Shown here one piece after another: positions 53,379-62,345 of a DNA stretch of 64,000 nucleotides. The DNA is taken from assembly GCA_963737905.1 (NCBI GenBank), contig CAVTUQ010000010.1, positions 72,011-136,010 of the forward strand. Direction: 5' to 3'. Both the position numbers and the translations under genes were made by a program. The notes beneath the pieces are model-generated. The model had not been told where the DNA came from, ran no database searches, and saw only the letters and a list, made by a program, of their open reading frames with translations. The DNA is from an uncultured delta proteobacterium (lineage in GTDB: Bacteria; Desulfobacterota; Binatia; UBA9968). Numbering within the stretch: position 1 is the stretch's first letter; every line of letters starts with the position of its first letter.

Positions 53379-54402
53379 TCACTTTAAGTAACCTCGCTCG
53401 CGATAGAACCGGCGCGCGCCTGGGTGCAACGGAATGTTGTAAGGCGCTTCTTCGTCGTTGGCGCATAACTGGCCGATGTCGAGGGGCTTGAAGTTGTCCG
53501 TCGGAATGAGATGCTTGCGTTTCTCGATGGCTTCGCAAAGCGCGAAGGCGACGTCGTTTGGCATGTCGGCTCGCACCACCATCGGCCAACCGCTGAAATC
53601 GACAGTCGCTACGTCGGCCGGCATGCCTTTGAAACGAGACTTTGGCACGACGGAAGTGCGATAACCCATTGAGGATAAATCGTTTGAGCACCTGTCCTTC
53701 GATGGGCAGGTAAACAAAACCTTTATCTAGCGCAGTTTGCCCCCAGCTCTTGATGCCTTCATCGAAAACCGCGTTTACGGTTCCGTTTTGAATCGCATCG
53801 CGCCGGTCCGGATGACTGGGCCGCGATACCGACTGGATCTTGCCGCCCCATTTGCGCAGGTCAGCTAGGGTAAAGCCGGCCGCTTTCATAACAGCGGTCA
53901 CGGTAAACATGGTGGGGCTTGCGGTCAGCGCGTTCTTTCCGGTTACATTCGTGGACAAACGAAGCGGAAAGCGCTCTTTCCTAATCTGGGACAGGGACGT
54001 AATTCCAGTGGACTCATGAACGGCAAAGCCCATGACATCGTAGGAAGGAAAGGTGGCGATGACGCGCAAAGGCAGTTTCTTTCTGAACGGGCCCGTGCCC
54101 CGGTAGGCGAGGGTGGCCGCCACCGAAGGATTCACCCAGGCAAGCGTGTATTTGCCTTCAGCCACTCCTTTGAGCTCAGCGAAACTGTCCGCTGCAAAGG
54201 AAAGATTAATGCTGTTGGATCCTTCGCGAGATGCGGCGATCAAGGAAAGGCTGAGCTCGTGCCCGGCGCGCGATTCGGTCTGCAAAACCTGCTCGGCCGC
54301 GCGTGTTGTTTGGAAGGAAAGCGAAGTTTCATAGATGGCCGCCGCGAGTTCCAGCAAACCTTTGGCGCGTTGAATCTTGGCGTTGTATCGGGTCTTTGTC
54401 AT
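53379..54402 (-). CDS. TAXI-family solute receptor-like protein, frameshift near 53678
   Basis: YRGTGPF, LRVIATFP, GITSLSQI, then MVVRADMPNDVAF and IPLHPGARRFYRERGYL in the shifted frame. Confidence 0.85.
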
Positions 54403-54409
54403 ATTGTTG

Positions 54410-55420
54410 TCAGATTGATTTCCGTAACTCCCGAGCGACGTCCACCAGCAGCCGTGCCTTGGCGTTGGCGAGATCACGACTGATGGTCATCAGGCCACAG
54501 TCGGGAGCGAGCAAGAGATTTTTGGGATCGATATATTTGAGCGCCTCCCGCACGCGCGTGACGACCGATGCCAAGGGTGGAACCGGAGTATCGCTCGGAT
54601 CGACGCAACCGAACATCACCAGCCGTCCTTTGCAGAGGCCCAGCACGGCGGGGTCGTAATTGCTCCGCGCAAACTCGACACCGAAGCCGCCGATCTTGGT
54701 CTTCATCAGCTCCTCTAAGAGTTCGGGATATTCATACTCGTGCTGCTGGCTGAGGCCGCCGGGGTAACCGTAACAAAGATGGACGATGGACGGAATGTGG
54801 ATGCCATCCAAACAACGATCAAGGGCCCGCGCGCCGTACTCAAAGACTTTTTCGTGGTAGCGGGTCATGGCAGGCTCGTCGATCTGCACGACATCACAAC
54901 CCGCTAATTGAAGCTCGCGCAATTCTTCGTTGAGCGCCGCCGCAACGTCCATAGCCATAGCTGGCTCGTCATGGTAGGCCTCATCGAGCGTGCTGTCGAT
55001 CACCGTCATGGGTCCTGGCACCGCCATCTTGATTGGTTTCGTGGTTTGCGCCTTGGCAAAGCGAAGATCCTCCACGATCGCCGGTTTACTCCTCTTAATC
55101 TTTCCGACGATCCGAGGCACGGGGCGTTCCTGCGCGCGCCGCCGGTAGATCGCTTTAACGGCTTCGTGGGCAAGGTCGACCCCCTCGAAGGCGGCTAAAA
55201 TATGGTTGATAAACCCCGTGCGACGCTGCTCGCCGTCGGTCAGCAGATCGAGGCCGAGCTGTTCTTGGGTTCGGACGTTGAGACTCGTGGCATCGTCCTG
55301 CGCCTCTTTAAGCACACTGCCTTCGAGCCGAAAGTTTACTCGACTGCGATCCGTAGCCGCGAGCCAACTTGGACGCGGAAAACTGCCGATGGTCGTTGCA
55401 GCGATGGGTGGGAGTTGCAT
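54410..55420 (-). CDS. Cobalamin-independent methionine synthase II family (MetE C-terminal core) Zn enzyme
   Basis: TTIGSFPRP, TDGEQRR, PGPMT, QIDEP, HLCYG, PDCG. Confidence 0.9.
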   Translation of the reverse strand: MQLPPIAATTIGSFPRPSWLAATDRSRVNFRLEGSVLKEAQDDATSLNVRTQEQLGLDLLTDGEQRRTGFINHILAAFEGVDLAHEAVKAIYRRRAQERPVPRIVGKIKRSKPAIVEDLRFAKAQTTKPIKMAVPGPMTVIDSTLDEAYHDEPAMAMDVAAALNEELRELQLAGCDVVQIDEPAMTRYHEKVFEYGARALDRCLDGIHIPSIVHLCYGYPGGLSQQHEYEYPELLEELMKTKIGGFGVEFARSNYDPAVLGLCKGRLVMFGCVDPSDTPVPPLASVVTRVREALKYIDPKNLLLAPDCGLMTISRDLANAKARLLVDVARELRKSI

Positions 55421-55465
55421 AGCATCACCTCCAAGGATTTTTCTCTGCCTATATTTGGGCCCTTG

Positions 55466-56890
55466 TCATCCCATGTCTTTCACGAACCGCATCATGCGCT
55501 GCGCAGGACTCGGGTCGTTGTACTGGTTGTAAAGGCGTTGTCGCGTTCTATCTACTTCACCGCTTTGCAAGCGCTCGTACAACTGGCTGCGTTTGCCGAA
55601 AGGGCTCATGACCATATCGGCGGCGACTGCCATCAACCGCAGGTGCTCGCGGGTGGTGGTCGCGCCGCCGCGAAAATAGCGGTCGATGAAGGGACCGATC
55701 TCCGAGTTGTTCAGGTCCGAGGCACCACCGCTCAACATGAGAGTACTCGTCAGTAAACCCTCCATCGTTCGCTCCGCTCGGTCGGATGCTTCGATGCTAT
55801 GGATACGGTAAGCGGGGCTCAACAGCGGCGCCCAGGTGCCGCCGGCGGCCCGGTAACCCTTCGATGCGGCGACCTGCATGCAAGCCCGCAAGATTTCTAT
55901 GTCCTGCATCAAACTCGACAAGAGTATTTGCGACGATGCGCTCGTGTTGCGCTTCGCCAACCGGGTCAACAGTTGGGCGACGCCCAAAAACCCTTCCAAT
56001 TTTGTAATCAGACGCAGCATGGTCGAATACTGCGCCCAGGTGTGGATGTACATGATGCCGGCGAGGAGTTGCGGATCTTTATAGACGAAGATGCGCTCCC
56101 AGGGCACCACGACATCATCGAAAATCAGCGCCGCGTCGACTTCGTCGAAGCGGGTAGTCAAGGGATGGCGTTCCGGGTCGGCGTGCTCGGCGTAAAGATC
56201 GCGGCAAACGATCTTGAGCCCCGGTGCGTTCATGGGTAGCGCAAACGCGATGGCGTAATCCGCCTCGTCCGCCTCTCGCGCTCGATTAGGGTAAATCAAA
56301 ACTTCGTCCGACAGTGGAGCCAAAGTCGCGAGGGTTCGCAGGCCGCGCACCACGGCTCCTTCTGATGTCTCTCCGACGATGTGAAGGATCAGGTCGGGAT
56401 CTTCCTGCTCGCTAACGCGCTTGGTGCGATCGTAATACTGATCGGTGAGTCCGTGGGTCAAACAGAGATCGTTGCGGCTCGCGTGACGATGGTAGGCTCT
56501 GGCGTTTTCGGCCCATTTTGCGTTTGTCTTCTCGATGATGTGCGCCCAATCGTACAAGCCTACGACGAGCTGCGCGCAAAAGTCAGGATACCGGCCCATC
56601 TGGCCGAAGGTCTGTTGCGACCAGAGCTCGATGTTACGGCGCTTGAGCGCCAGCTCTTCAGGACTCCGGGGCGGAAGGTAGCTGTACGAGATTCGCTCGC
56701 CCTCATACTCCACGGTCATGATCTCTTTGTATTCAGGCGAGTGCTGCTTGTCGTAAAGGTCCGCCAGCGTTTTGATGGTCCCGGTAAAACCGGAATGGGT
56801 CGTTACGTCTTCGATGCGCCGCCCCGCGTGCCAAACCTCCCGGCCATCGCGCAGCGACTTGATGTAATCCGATCCTGTTCTGTTCGCCAT
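55466..56890 (-). CDS. 4-hydroxyphenylacetate 3-hydroxylase (HpaB)-family flavin monooxygenase
   Basis: RTGSDYIKSLRDGREVW, GRYPDF, PLTTRFDEVDAALIFDDVVVPWERIF. Confidence 0.9.
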   Translation of the reverse strand: MANRTGSDYIKSLRDGREVWHAGRRIEDVTTHSGFTGTIKTLADLYDKQHSPEYKEIMTVEYEGERISYSYLPPRSPEELALKRRNIELWSQQTFGQMGRYPDFCAQLVVGLYDWAHIIEKTNAKWAENARAYHRHASRNDLCLTHGLTDQYYDRTKRVSEQEDPDLILHIVGETSEGAVVRGLRTLATLAPLSDEVLIYPNRAREADEADYAIAFALPMNAPGLKIVCRDLYAEHADPERHPLTTRFDEVDAALIFDDVVVPWERIFVYKDPQLLAGIMYIHTWAQYSTMLRLITKLEGFLGVAQLLTRLAKRNTSASSQILLSSLMQDIEILRACMQVAASKGYRAAGGTWAPLLSPAYRIHSIEASDRAERTMEGLLTSTLMLSGGASDLNNSEIGPFIDRYFRGGATTTREHLRLMAVAADMVMSPFGKRSQLYERLQSGEVDRTRQRLYNQYNDPSPAQRMMRFVKDMG

Positions 56891-57084
56891 AATGATGGAT
56901 CTCGTTGCCCAGCGACGATCAATACTCGCTGCGAAAAGTCTATACGGTTATAACTTCTATCAATCCTGCGAGGCAATAGCAGACATGAGTGATGGAGTCA
57001 TCTAGTAACGAGGGTAAGCAATCAGCGAGCGGATACGGGGTTCAAAGTTAGAAAGGCGGCGAATGAACACCACATTAACTCTTT

Positions 57085-57624
57085 TCAGAAAGTCTTGCTC
57101 CCTTCAGGAGGTAAGACCTCAAACGCATTTGCCACCGCACTGATCGTGCAGTAATGGCCGATAAGCCCGACCAGCTCGACGATTCTTTCAGCGCCAAACT
57201 CGGTGAGGCCGAGGGTGAAAAGCTCTTTGGAGAGGCGATGATTGCGCAGGATGCTACGCACAATTTCGACGACAAGCCGCTCGCGGGGCATCAGCTTTTC
57301 CAGAGAACCGTTGGTGCGCAGAGTTTCAATGACGTCCTCGCGCAGGCCGGCTTCGCGCCCGCGAATCTCGTGGCGTGTCCAGGGAAAGTGCGCCTCGAAT
57401 TCGCGGACGGTTGCCAATATGACCAGTTCCCGATCGGCTTGGGCCAATGCCGCAGCCGAGCGAAAGTAGTTCTCCGTGGCCGACAGACGGTCGGCGAGCT
57501 TAGGGGCATGAATCAGCGCGCTGTACGGGCCGCCGCCTCCGGAGCTGCGTCCGGCGTTGATGCGGTCCCAGAGTTGTTGGTTTTCAGGCGAAAGGTCATC
57601 GCGCTTTACCGGCGGGAGTCTCAT
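57085..57624 (-). CDS. Carboxymuconolactone decarboxylase/AhpD-like protein
   Basis: GGPYSALIHAP, RELVIL, WTRH, IVELVGLIGHY; RBS AAGGAGG. Confidence 0.88.
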   Translation of the reverse strand: MRLPPVKRDDLSPENQQLWDRINAGRSSGGGGPYSALIHAPKLADRLSATENYFRSAAALAQADRELVILATVREFEAHFPWTRHEIRGREAGLREDVIETLRTNGSLEKLMPRERLVVEIVRSILRNHRLSKELFTLGLTEFGAERIVELVGLIGHYCTISAVANAFEVLPPEGSKTF

Positions 57625-57846
57625 AGGTCCTCCTTGATGTAATTGGTGTCGGTTGTATCCCTCCTGACGCGGCAATACAAGCGCCGCGTTTTGTCGTAGA
57701 ATTGGCTCAATGTCGATTCGGGATGGTGGAAGGGCGGTTTCTCCATGTCATCAGTGACCGACCCAACGCCACTGAGATTTTTGGTGCTCTGCTGAAACGC
57801 TTCACGTCGACGCATAAACAATTTCATGCTACGGGATATGAAATTC

Positions 57847-59493
57847 ATGCAAGATGTAGCCGTTGATAACCCGGAGCGCGGGCGCTCGAGCGTGGCGCGC
57901 AATGCCGGCGTCGTGAGCTTGGCCGTGATGACGAGCCGCGTTCTCGGTCTGGTACGCGATCAGGTCTTCGCGATCTTTTTCGGCGCCGGGCTGTATTACG
58001 ACGCGTTTCTGACGGCTTTTCGCATTCCCAATCTCCTGCGCGACCTTTTTGCCGAAGGCGCGCTTTCCGCTGCGTTCGTTACGACTTTCAGTCAGGTTCT
58101 AGAAACGAAGGGAGACAAGGAAGCGATCCGGCTTTCAAACCGGGTCGCGACTTTGATCATTCTCATAATCACGGCCATCTCAATCATCGGCTGGTGGTAC
58201 GCCCCGACTATTGTCCAGATTCTCGCGCCCGGCTTTTACGATGTGCCGGGCAAGGCGGACCTCACGATCAAGCTGACACGGATCATGATTCCATTCTTGC
58301 TGCTCGTCGCGCTGGCCGCGCAAGCCATGGGAATCTTGAACGCGCGCGGCCGTTTTGGCATCCCCGCGCTGGCGTCGGCTTTTTTTAACGTCGGCTCCAT
58401 CGTGGGCGGATTGCTGCTGGGCTTCGCAGTCGGACCGGTGATTGGACTCAGTGCCATCGAAGGCATGGCCTACGGAACCCTCATCGGCGGTTTTTTACAA
58501 TTCGCGGTCCAGTGGCCGAGTCTGAACCGCACCGGGTTCAGCTATCGGCCCATGATCAGCTTCAGCGATCCGGGCGTCCGCCAGATCTTCAGTCTGATGG
58601 GGCCGGCCATTATCGGCACCGCGGCCGTGCAGGTCAACGTTTTTGTCAACACCAATTTTGCGTCATCGATTATCGATCCCGCCACCGGCGCCGTAGCCAA
58701 TGGCCCGGTGTCTTGGTTGAGCTACGCTTTTCGTTTCATGCAATTTCCCATCGGCGTCTTTGGCGTCGCCATCGCCACGGCGGCATTGCCGCCGCTCTCT
58801 CGCAGCAGCGCGCAAACGGATTACAACGAGTTTCGACGAACTTTAGCACATTCGTTGGCGCTGGTTTTTCTGCTTTGCGTTCCTTCGGCCGTGGGTCTCG
58901 CGGTTTTGGGCCGGCCCATCGTAGCCTTGATTTTTGAGCACGGACGATTTACCGCCTTTGACACAGTGCAGACCGGAGACGCGTTGGCGGCTTATTCCAT
59001 CGGTCTCGCCGGCTATGCCGCCGTCAAGGTTCTTTCGCCGGCCTTTTACGCTCTGGGAGATGCTCGGACTCCGATGCTGATCAGTCTCGGTTCCATCGCC
59101 GTCAACTATGTAATGAATTCTTTGCTGGTGGGACCCTTCGGCCACGTCGGTTTGGCGTTTTCCACTTCGACCGTGGCGCTGGTCAATTTCATTTTGCTCA
59201 CCCTTTTTATGCGCCGGCGGATTGGCAGGCTCGAAGGAAGTCGCCTGGGACCTACACTGGCACGAATTTGTGTTGCTTCGGTTCCCATGGCCGCCGTCGC
59301 ATGGTTGGTGAGCGAATTCAGTGGGAGCCTGCCCCTGACCGGGATTGCACTGAAGCTCGTGCGCGTCTCGGCATCCATAACTTTGGCGGCAATCGCGTTT
59401 TACGTAGCCTGCCGGCTGCTCCGTATCGGAGAACTGGACGAGGCTATCGAAGCAATCGCCGGGCGATTCTTGCGCGTCCTGAGACGAAAATAG
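57847..59493 (+). CDS. murJ: Lipid II flippase MurJ
   Basis: SRVLGLVRD, AFRIPNLLRDLFAEGALSAAFV, FYALGDARTP. Confidence 0.96.
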   Translation: MQDVAVDNPERGRSSVARNAGVVSLAVMTSRVLGLVRDQVFAIFFGAGLYYDAFLTAFRIPNLLRDLFAEGALSAAFVTTFSQVLETKGDKEAIRLSNRVATLIILIITAISIIGWWYAPTIVQILAPGFYDVPGKADLTIKLTRIMIPFLLLVALAAQAMGILNARGRFGIPALASAFFNVGSIVGGLLLGFAVGPVIGLSAIEGMAYGTLIGGFLQFAVQWPSLNRTGFSYRPMISFSDPGVRQIFSLMGPAIIGTAAVQVNVFVNTNFASSIIDPATGAVANGPVSWLSYAFRFMQFPIGVFGVAIATAALPPLSRSSAQTDYNEFRRTLAHSLALVFLLCVPSAVGLAVLGRPIVALIFEHGRFTAFDTVQTGDALAAYSIGLAGYAAVKVLSPAFYALGDARTPMLISLGSIAVNYVMNSLLVGPFGHVGLAFSTSTVALVNFILLTLFMRRRIGRLEGSRLGPTLARICVASVPMAAVAWLVSEFSGSLPLTGIALKLVRVSASITLAAIAFYVACRLLRIGELDEAIEAIAGRFLRVLRRK

Positions 59494-59549
59494 CGCGGAT
59501 TCGAACCAGTTTGACTAGTGGGGCCGATTGGACATATTTTCTGCAACGG

Positions 59550-60551
59550 ATGAAAAGAAAGAACGTTTGGATATTCCTGGCGAGCGTTTTTCTCGCGCCT
59601 TTTTTGGTCGTGCCTAGCTCAGTGGCGGCGGCGAAAAGGGTTAGGTTGGCTTACAGCGCTTTTGCCTATGCCAACCCGCCTTTCTGGATTGCCCAGGACT
59701 TAAAGCTTTTCGAAAAATATGGTCTTGAATCGGAGCTGGTCTATGTGTCCGGTGCCAGGCCGATTCAAGCCATGCTCGGCGGTTCCATCGACGCTTCTCA
59801 GGTCGGCGGAGCGGCCACCGTCTCGGCAGCAGCCCAGGGAGCCGATGTGGTGATCTTAGGCACTATCTTCTCGCGGCTCAATTTTGCCGTGCATGCGAGC
59901 CCGCAAATCAAACAGATCAACGATCTGAAAGGGAAGACCCTGGGTACCGGGACGGTGGGCGGCAATACCTACTTCGCCGCGCTGCTCTTTCTGTCGAGAT
60001 TCAATTGGGTTCCCAACCGGGACGTGAATCTGATCGGTCTGGGAGGATCGCCGGAAGTTCTTGGCGCGCTCACTCAGGGAAGATTCCCGGCGGGCGTGCT
60101 GACGGCACCGACCACGCATATGGCAACGAGGATGGGCTTTCGAGAGATTTACGATCTCGGCAGTTTAGACTTCCCATTTCCCACTCTATCGGTGGTCAGC
60201 ACGCGGAAGTATAGCGATTCAAATCCCAACGTCATTCTCAACGTACTGCGAGCTACATCAGAGGCGATTCATGTGTACAAAACACGGCCAGAAGTCGCAC
60301 TCCCGGTAATCGCCAAGTATATGCGCGTGCCCAAAGACGATCCCGCTTTGCTCCAGGCTCAGGAAACTTTCGCGAAACATCTAAACTTGACCCTCGCGCC
60401 GTCCCTCGACGGCATCAAGTTCATCCTGGATTTTCTCGCCGAGCAGCGCCCCGCGCTTAAGGGAAAAAATCCTGCGGATTTCGTTAACGTGAGCTTTCTG
60501 AAAAAACTGGAGGAAGAAGGGTTCTTCAAGAGGCTATCGAGCAGCCATTAG
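59550..60551 (+). CDS. NitT/TauT-family ABC substrate-binding protein
   Basis: Signal peptide; WIAQDLKLFEKYGL, DLKGK, LEEEGFF. Confidence 0.9.
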   Translation: MKRKNVWIFLASVFLAPFLVVPSSVAAAKRVRLAYSAFAYANPPFWIAQDLKLFEKYGLESELVYVSGARPIQAMLGGSIDASQVGGAATVSAAAQGADVVILGTIFSRLNFAVHASPQIKQINDLKGKTLGTGTVGGNTYFAALLFLSRFNWVPNRDVNLIGLGGSPEVLGALTQGRFPAGVLTAPTTHMATRMGFREIYDLGSLDFPFPTLSVVSTRKYSDSNPNVILNVLRATSEAIHVYKTRPEVALPVIAKYMRVPKDDPALLQAQETFAKHLNLTLAPSLDGIKFILDFLAEQRPALKGKNPADFVNVSFLKKLEEEGFFKRLSSSH

Positions 60552-60587
60552 CAATGCGTCCGTTTCGAAGGCTGAGAGGCGCTAACC

Positions 60588-61055
60588 ATGAATGAGCAAT
60601 ATGCCAAACTGATCTCGGGTTTTCCGCTATTCCATGGGTTCACTTTGGATGGCGCTCGAATGCTGCTGGAGTCGGGCGAAGTCAAGGAGTACTCCCCAGG
60701 ACAAGTGGTGTTAAAGGAAGGAGATAGCCCAACTTTCGTCCTGCTCGTTCTCACCGGTAAAATGCAAGCCTTCGTCGAACGCCAGCAACGTGACCTGGTG
60801 CTGACCGACGCCGGGCCGGGTACGATTTTGGGGGAACTGGCTGTGCTGTGTGGCATCCCACGATCGGCTTCGGTGCGCGCGAGCGAGAAATCCGCGGCCC
60901 TGCAATGGAGCTCCGCGTCGTTTCGCACCTTGCTCCTTCGCGATGGCTTCTTCTCCCAGCGAATATTCCGAGAATCGCTGCGCACCCTCATCGAGAAAGA
61001 GCGCTCGCTGATCGATTCACTCATCCGTTCGCAAGGCGTTAAGCAAAGCGAATAG
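60588..61055 (+). CDS. Stand-alone cyclic nucleotide-binding domain protein
   Basis: VLKEGD, GELAVLCGIPRSASVRA phosphate-binding cassette; no HTH. Confidence 0.88.
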   Translation: MNEQYAKLISGFPLFHGFTLDGARMLLESGEVKEYSPGQVVLKEGDSPTFVLLVLTGKMQAFVERQQRDLVLTDAGPGTILGELAVLCGIPRSASVRASEKSAALQWSSASFRTLLLRDGFFSQRIFRESLRTLIEKERSLIDSLIRSQGVKQSE

Positions 61056-61171
61056 GGTGGGGTAATTTAATGTGAAAATGTACCTATGGCCAAAGATACC
61101 AAGAAACACCTGAGCTTGGTGGCGATCGCCGCCGAAGTGGTGATGACGCAGATACGGGTGAGAGGGGCGAG

Positions 61172-62158
61172 TTGAAGCTTTTTATTGCTTTGCTATTCGC
61201 GTTGATCGTCGCCTCGGCGCATACCGGCGAAGCGGCTACAAAATTTCTTTTTGCTTATGGTGCCATCGGCGGCAACGCGATGCCGCTGTGGATTGCTCAA
61301 GAGCAGGGGATTTTTCGCAAGTACAATCTCGAGCCGCAATTGGTTTACATCATCGCCGGTCGCGCAATGCAATCGATGCTAGCCGGCGATATCCAAGTCG
61401 GCCTTCTCGGAGCCACGCACGTCACCAACGCAGTGACGGCGGGCGGCGACATGACCATGTTGCTCGGCATGGAACAAAAGCTGAATTATTTTTTGAACGC
61501 GCGTCCGGGCATCAAGAGCGCGGAAGACTTAAAAGGGAAGAAGGTTGGCATCGGCACACCGTCGGGCTCGCTGGCGCTGGCGACGTACGTCGGCTTGGAT
61601 CATTTGGGCTTGGTGCCGCGGCGCGACCGCATCACGCTTCTGAACACCGGTAGCACGCCCGAGCGTATGAGCGCGCTCTTTGCCGGCGGCATCGACGCAG
61701 CGTTTTTCAATCCCGAGGTCGAGCAGATCGTTGTGCAACAGGGTTTTCCCATGCTGTTCGACCTGGGCAAAGCGAACGTGCCATTTCAATCCTCAGGCTT
61801 GGTGACGTCGCGGAAGTACATGCGCGCCAATCCGCAAGTCATCGAAAATATCGCCAAAGCGGTGATCGAGGGGGTTGTTTTCGTGCAAACTCCCGCGAAC
61901 AAAAAAGCGGTTCTCGATAGCATCGCGCGCAATTTGCGAATCGATCGAGCCGACCGTTTGGATCGCGCCTACCAGACGATTTCTGAATCGTTTCCGCGCA
62001 AACCTTGCCCCAGCCTGCCGGGGATTGCGGCTGTTTTGAAATTTATGACGCAGCACGGGCTTAACCCTAAAGCAGCGGATCTAAAACCCGAAGACATCGC
62101 GGATATGGGCGTGTGCAAAAAGCTGGAAGAGAGCGGTTTCTTCGCGCGGTTACAGTAA
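61172..62158 (+). CDS. NitT/TauT-family ABC substrate-binding protein
   Basis: Signal peptide; WIAQEQGIFRKYNL, DLKGKKVG, LEESGFF. Confidence 0.9.
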   Translation: MKLFIALLFALIVASAHTGEAATKFLFAYGAIGGNAMPLWIAQEQGIFRKYNLEPQLVYIIAGRAMQSMLAGDIQVGLLGATHVTNAVTAGGDMTMLLGMEQKLNYFLNARPGIKSAEDLKGKKVGIGTPSGSLALATYVGLDHLGLVPRRDRITLLNTGSTPERMSALFAGGIDAAFFNPEVEQIVVQQGFPMLFDLGKANVPFQSSGLVTSRKYMRANPQVIENIAKAVIEGVVFVQTPANKKAVLDSIARNLRIDRADRLDRAYQTISESFPRKPCPSLPGIAAVLKFMTQHGLNPKAADLKPEDIADMGVCKKLEESGFFARLQ

Positions 62159-62190
62159 AAGCGGTTCGGGAGGGAACGACGTTTTCGTGC

Positions 62191-62312
62191 CGCACCCCTG
62201 TGGGGATGCTCGACGTTACCGCGCCGGGATCGGGTTCATCGGCTACACGCGGGCCGCCGCCTTCTACTGGAGGCAGCGTATATAGAGACACCGTTCCTAC
62301 GGGGGGCTTGCG
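62191..62312 (+). ncRNA. Putative structured ncRNA, possibly an orphan IS110-type non-coding end
   Basis: 12-bp closing stem 62195-62206/62294-62305 with three G-U pairs on the + strand; two internal hairpins. Confidence 0.45.
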
Positions 62313-62345
62313 CCTCCGATTAATTTGATTGATCGGGCTTACACT

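Noticed and set aside
53356-54477. 373-aa ORF as given
   Set aside because: N-terminal extension overlaps the MetE-core gene and the tail is out of frame; the real gene is 54402-53379
54410-55420. Canonical metE
   Set aside because: Only 336 aa, lacks the N-terminal barrel, and sits in a catabolic context
57732-57764. Hammerhead-like CUGAUGA...GAAA on the minus strand with flanking pairing
   Set aside because: Only one nucleotide lies between GUC and CUGAUGA (no stem I), and no proper stem II forms
61086-61175. 29-aa ORF MAKDTKKHLSLVAIAAEVVMTQIRVRGAS overlapping the SBP start
   Set aside because: No RBS or recognisable motif; cannot be supported
62191-62312. 6S RNA, SRP RNA, tRNA-Sec or riboswitch identity for the structured element
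   Set aside because: Too short and branched for 6S; no SRP GGAA/GCAGC motif; no cloverleaf; not in a 5' leader
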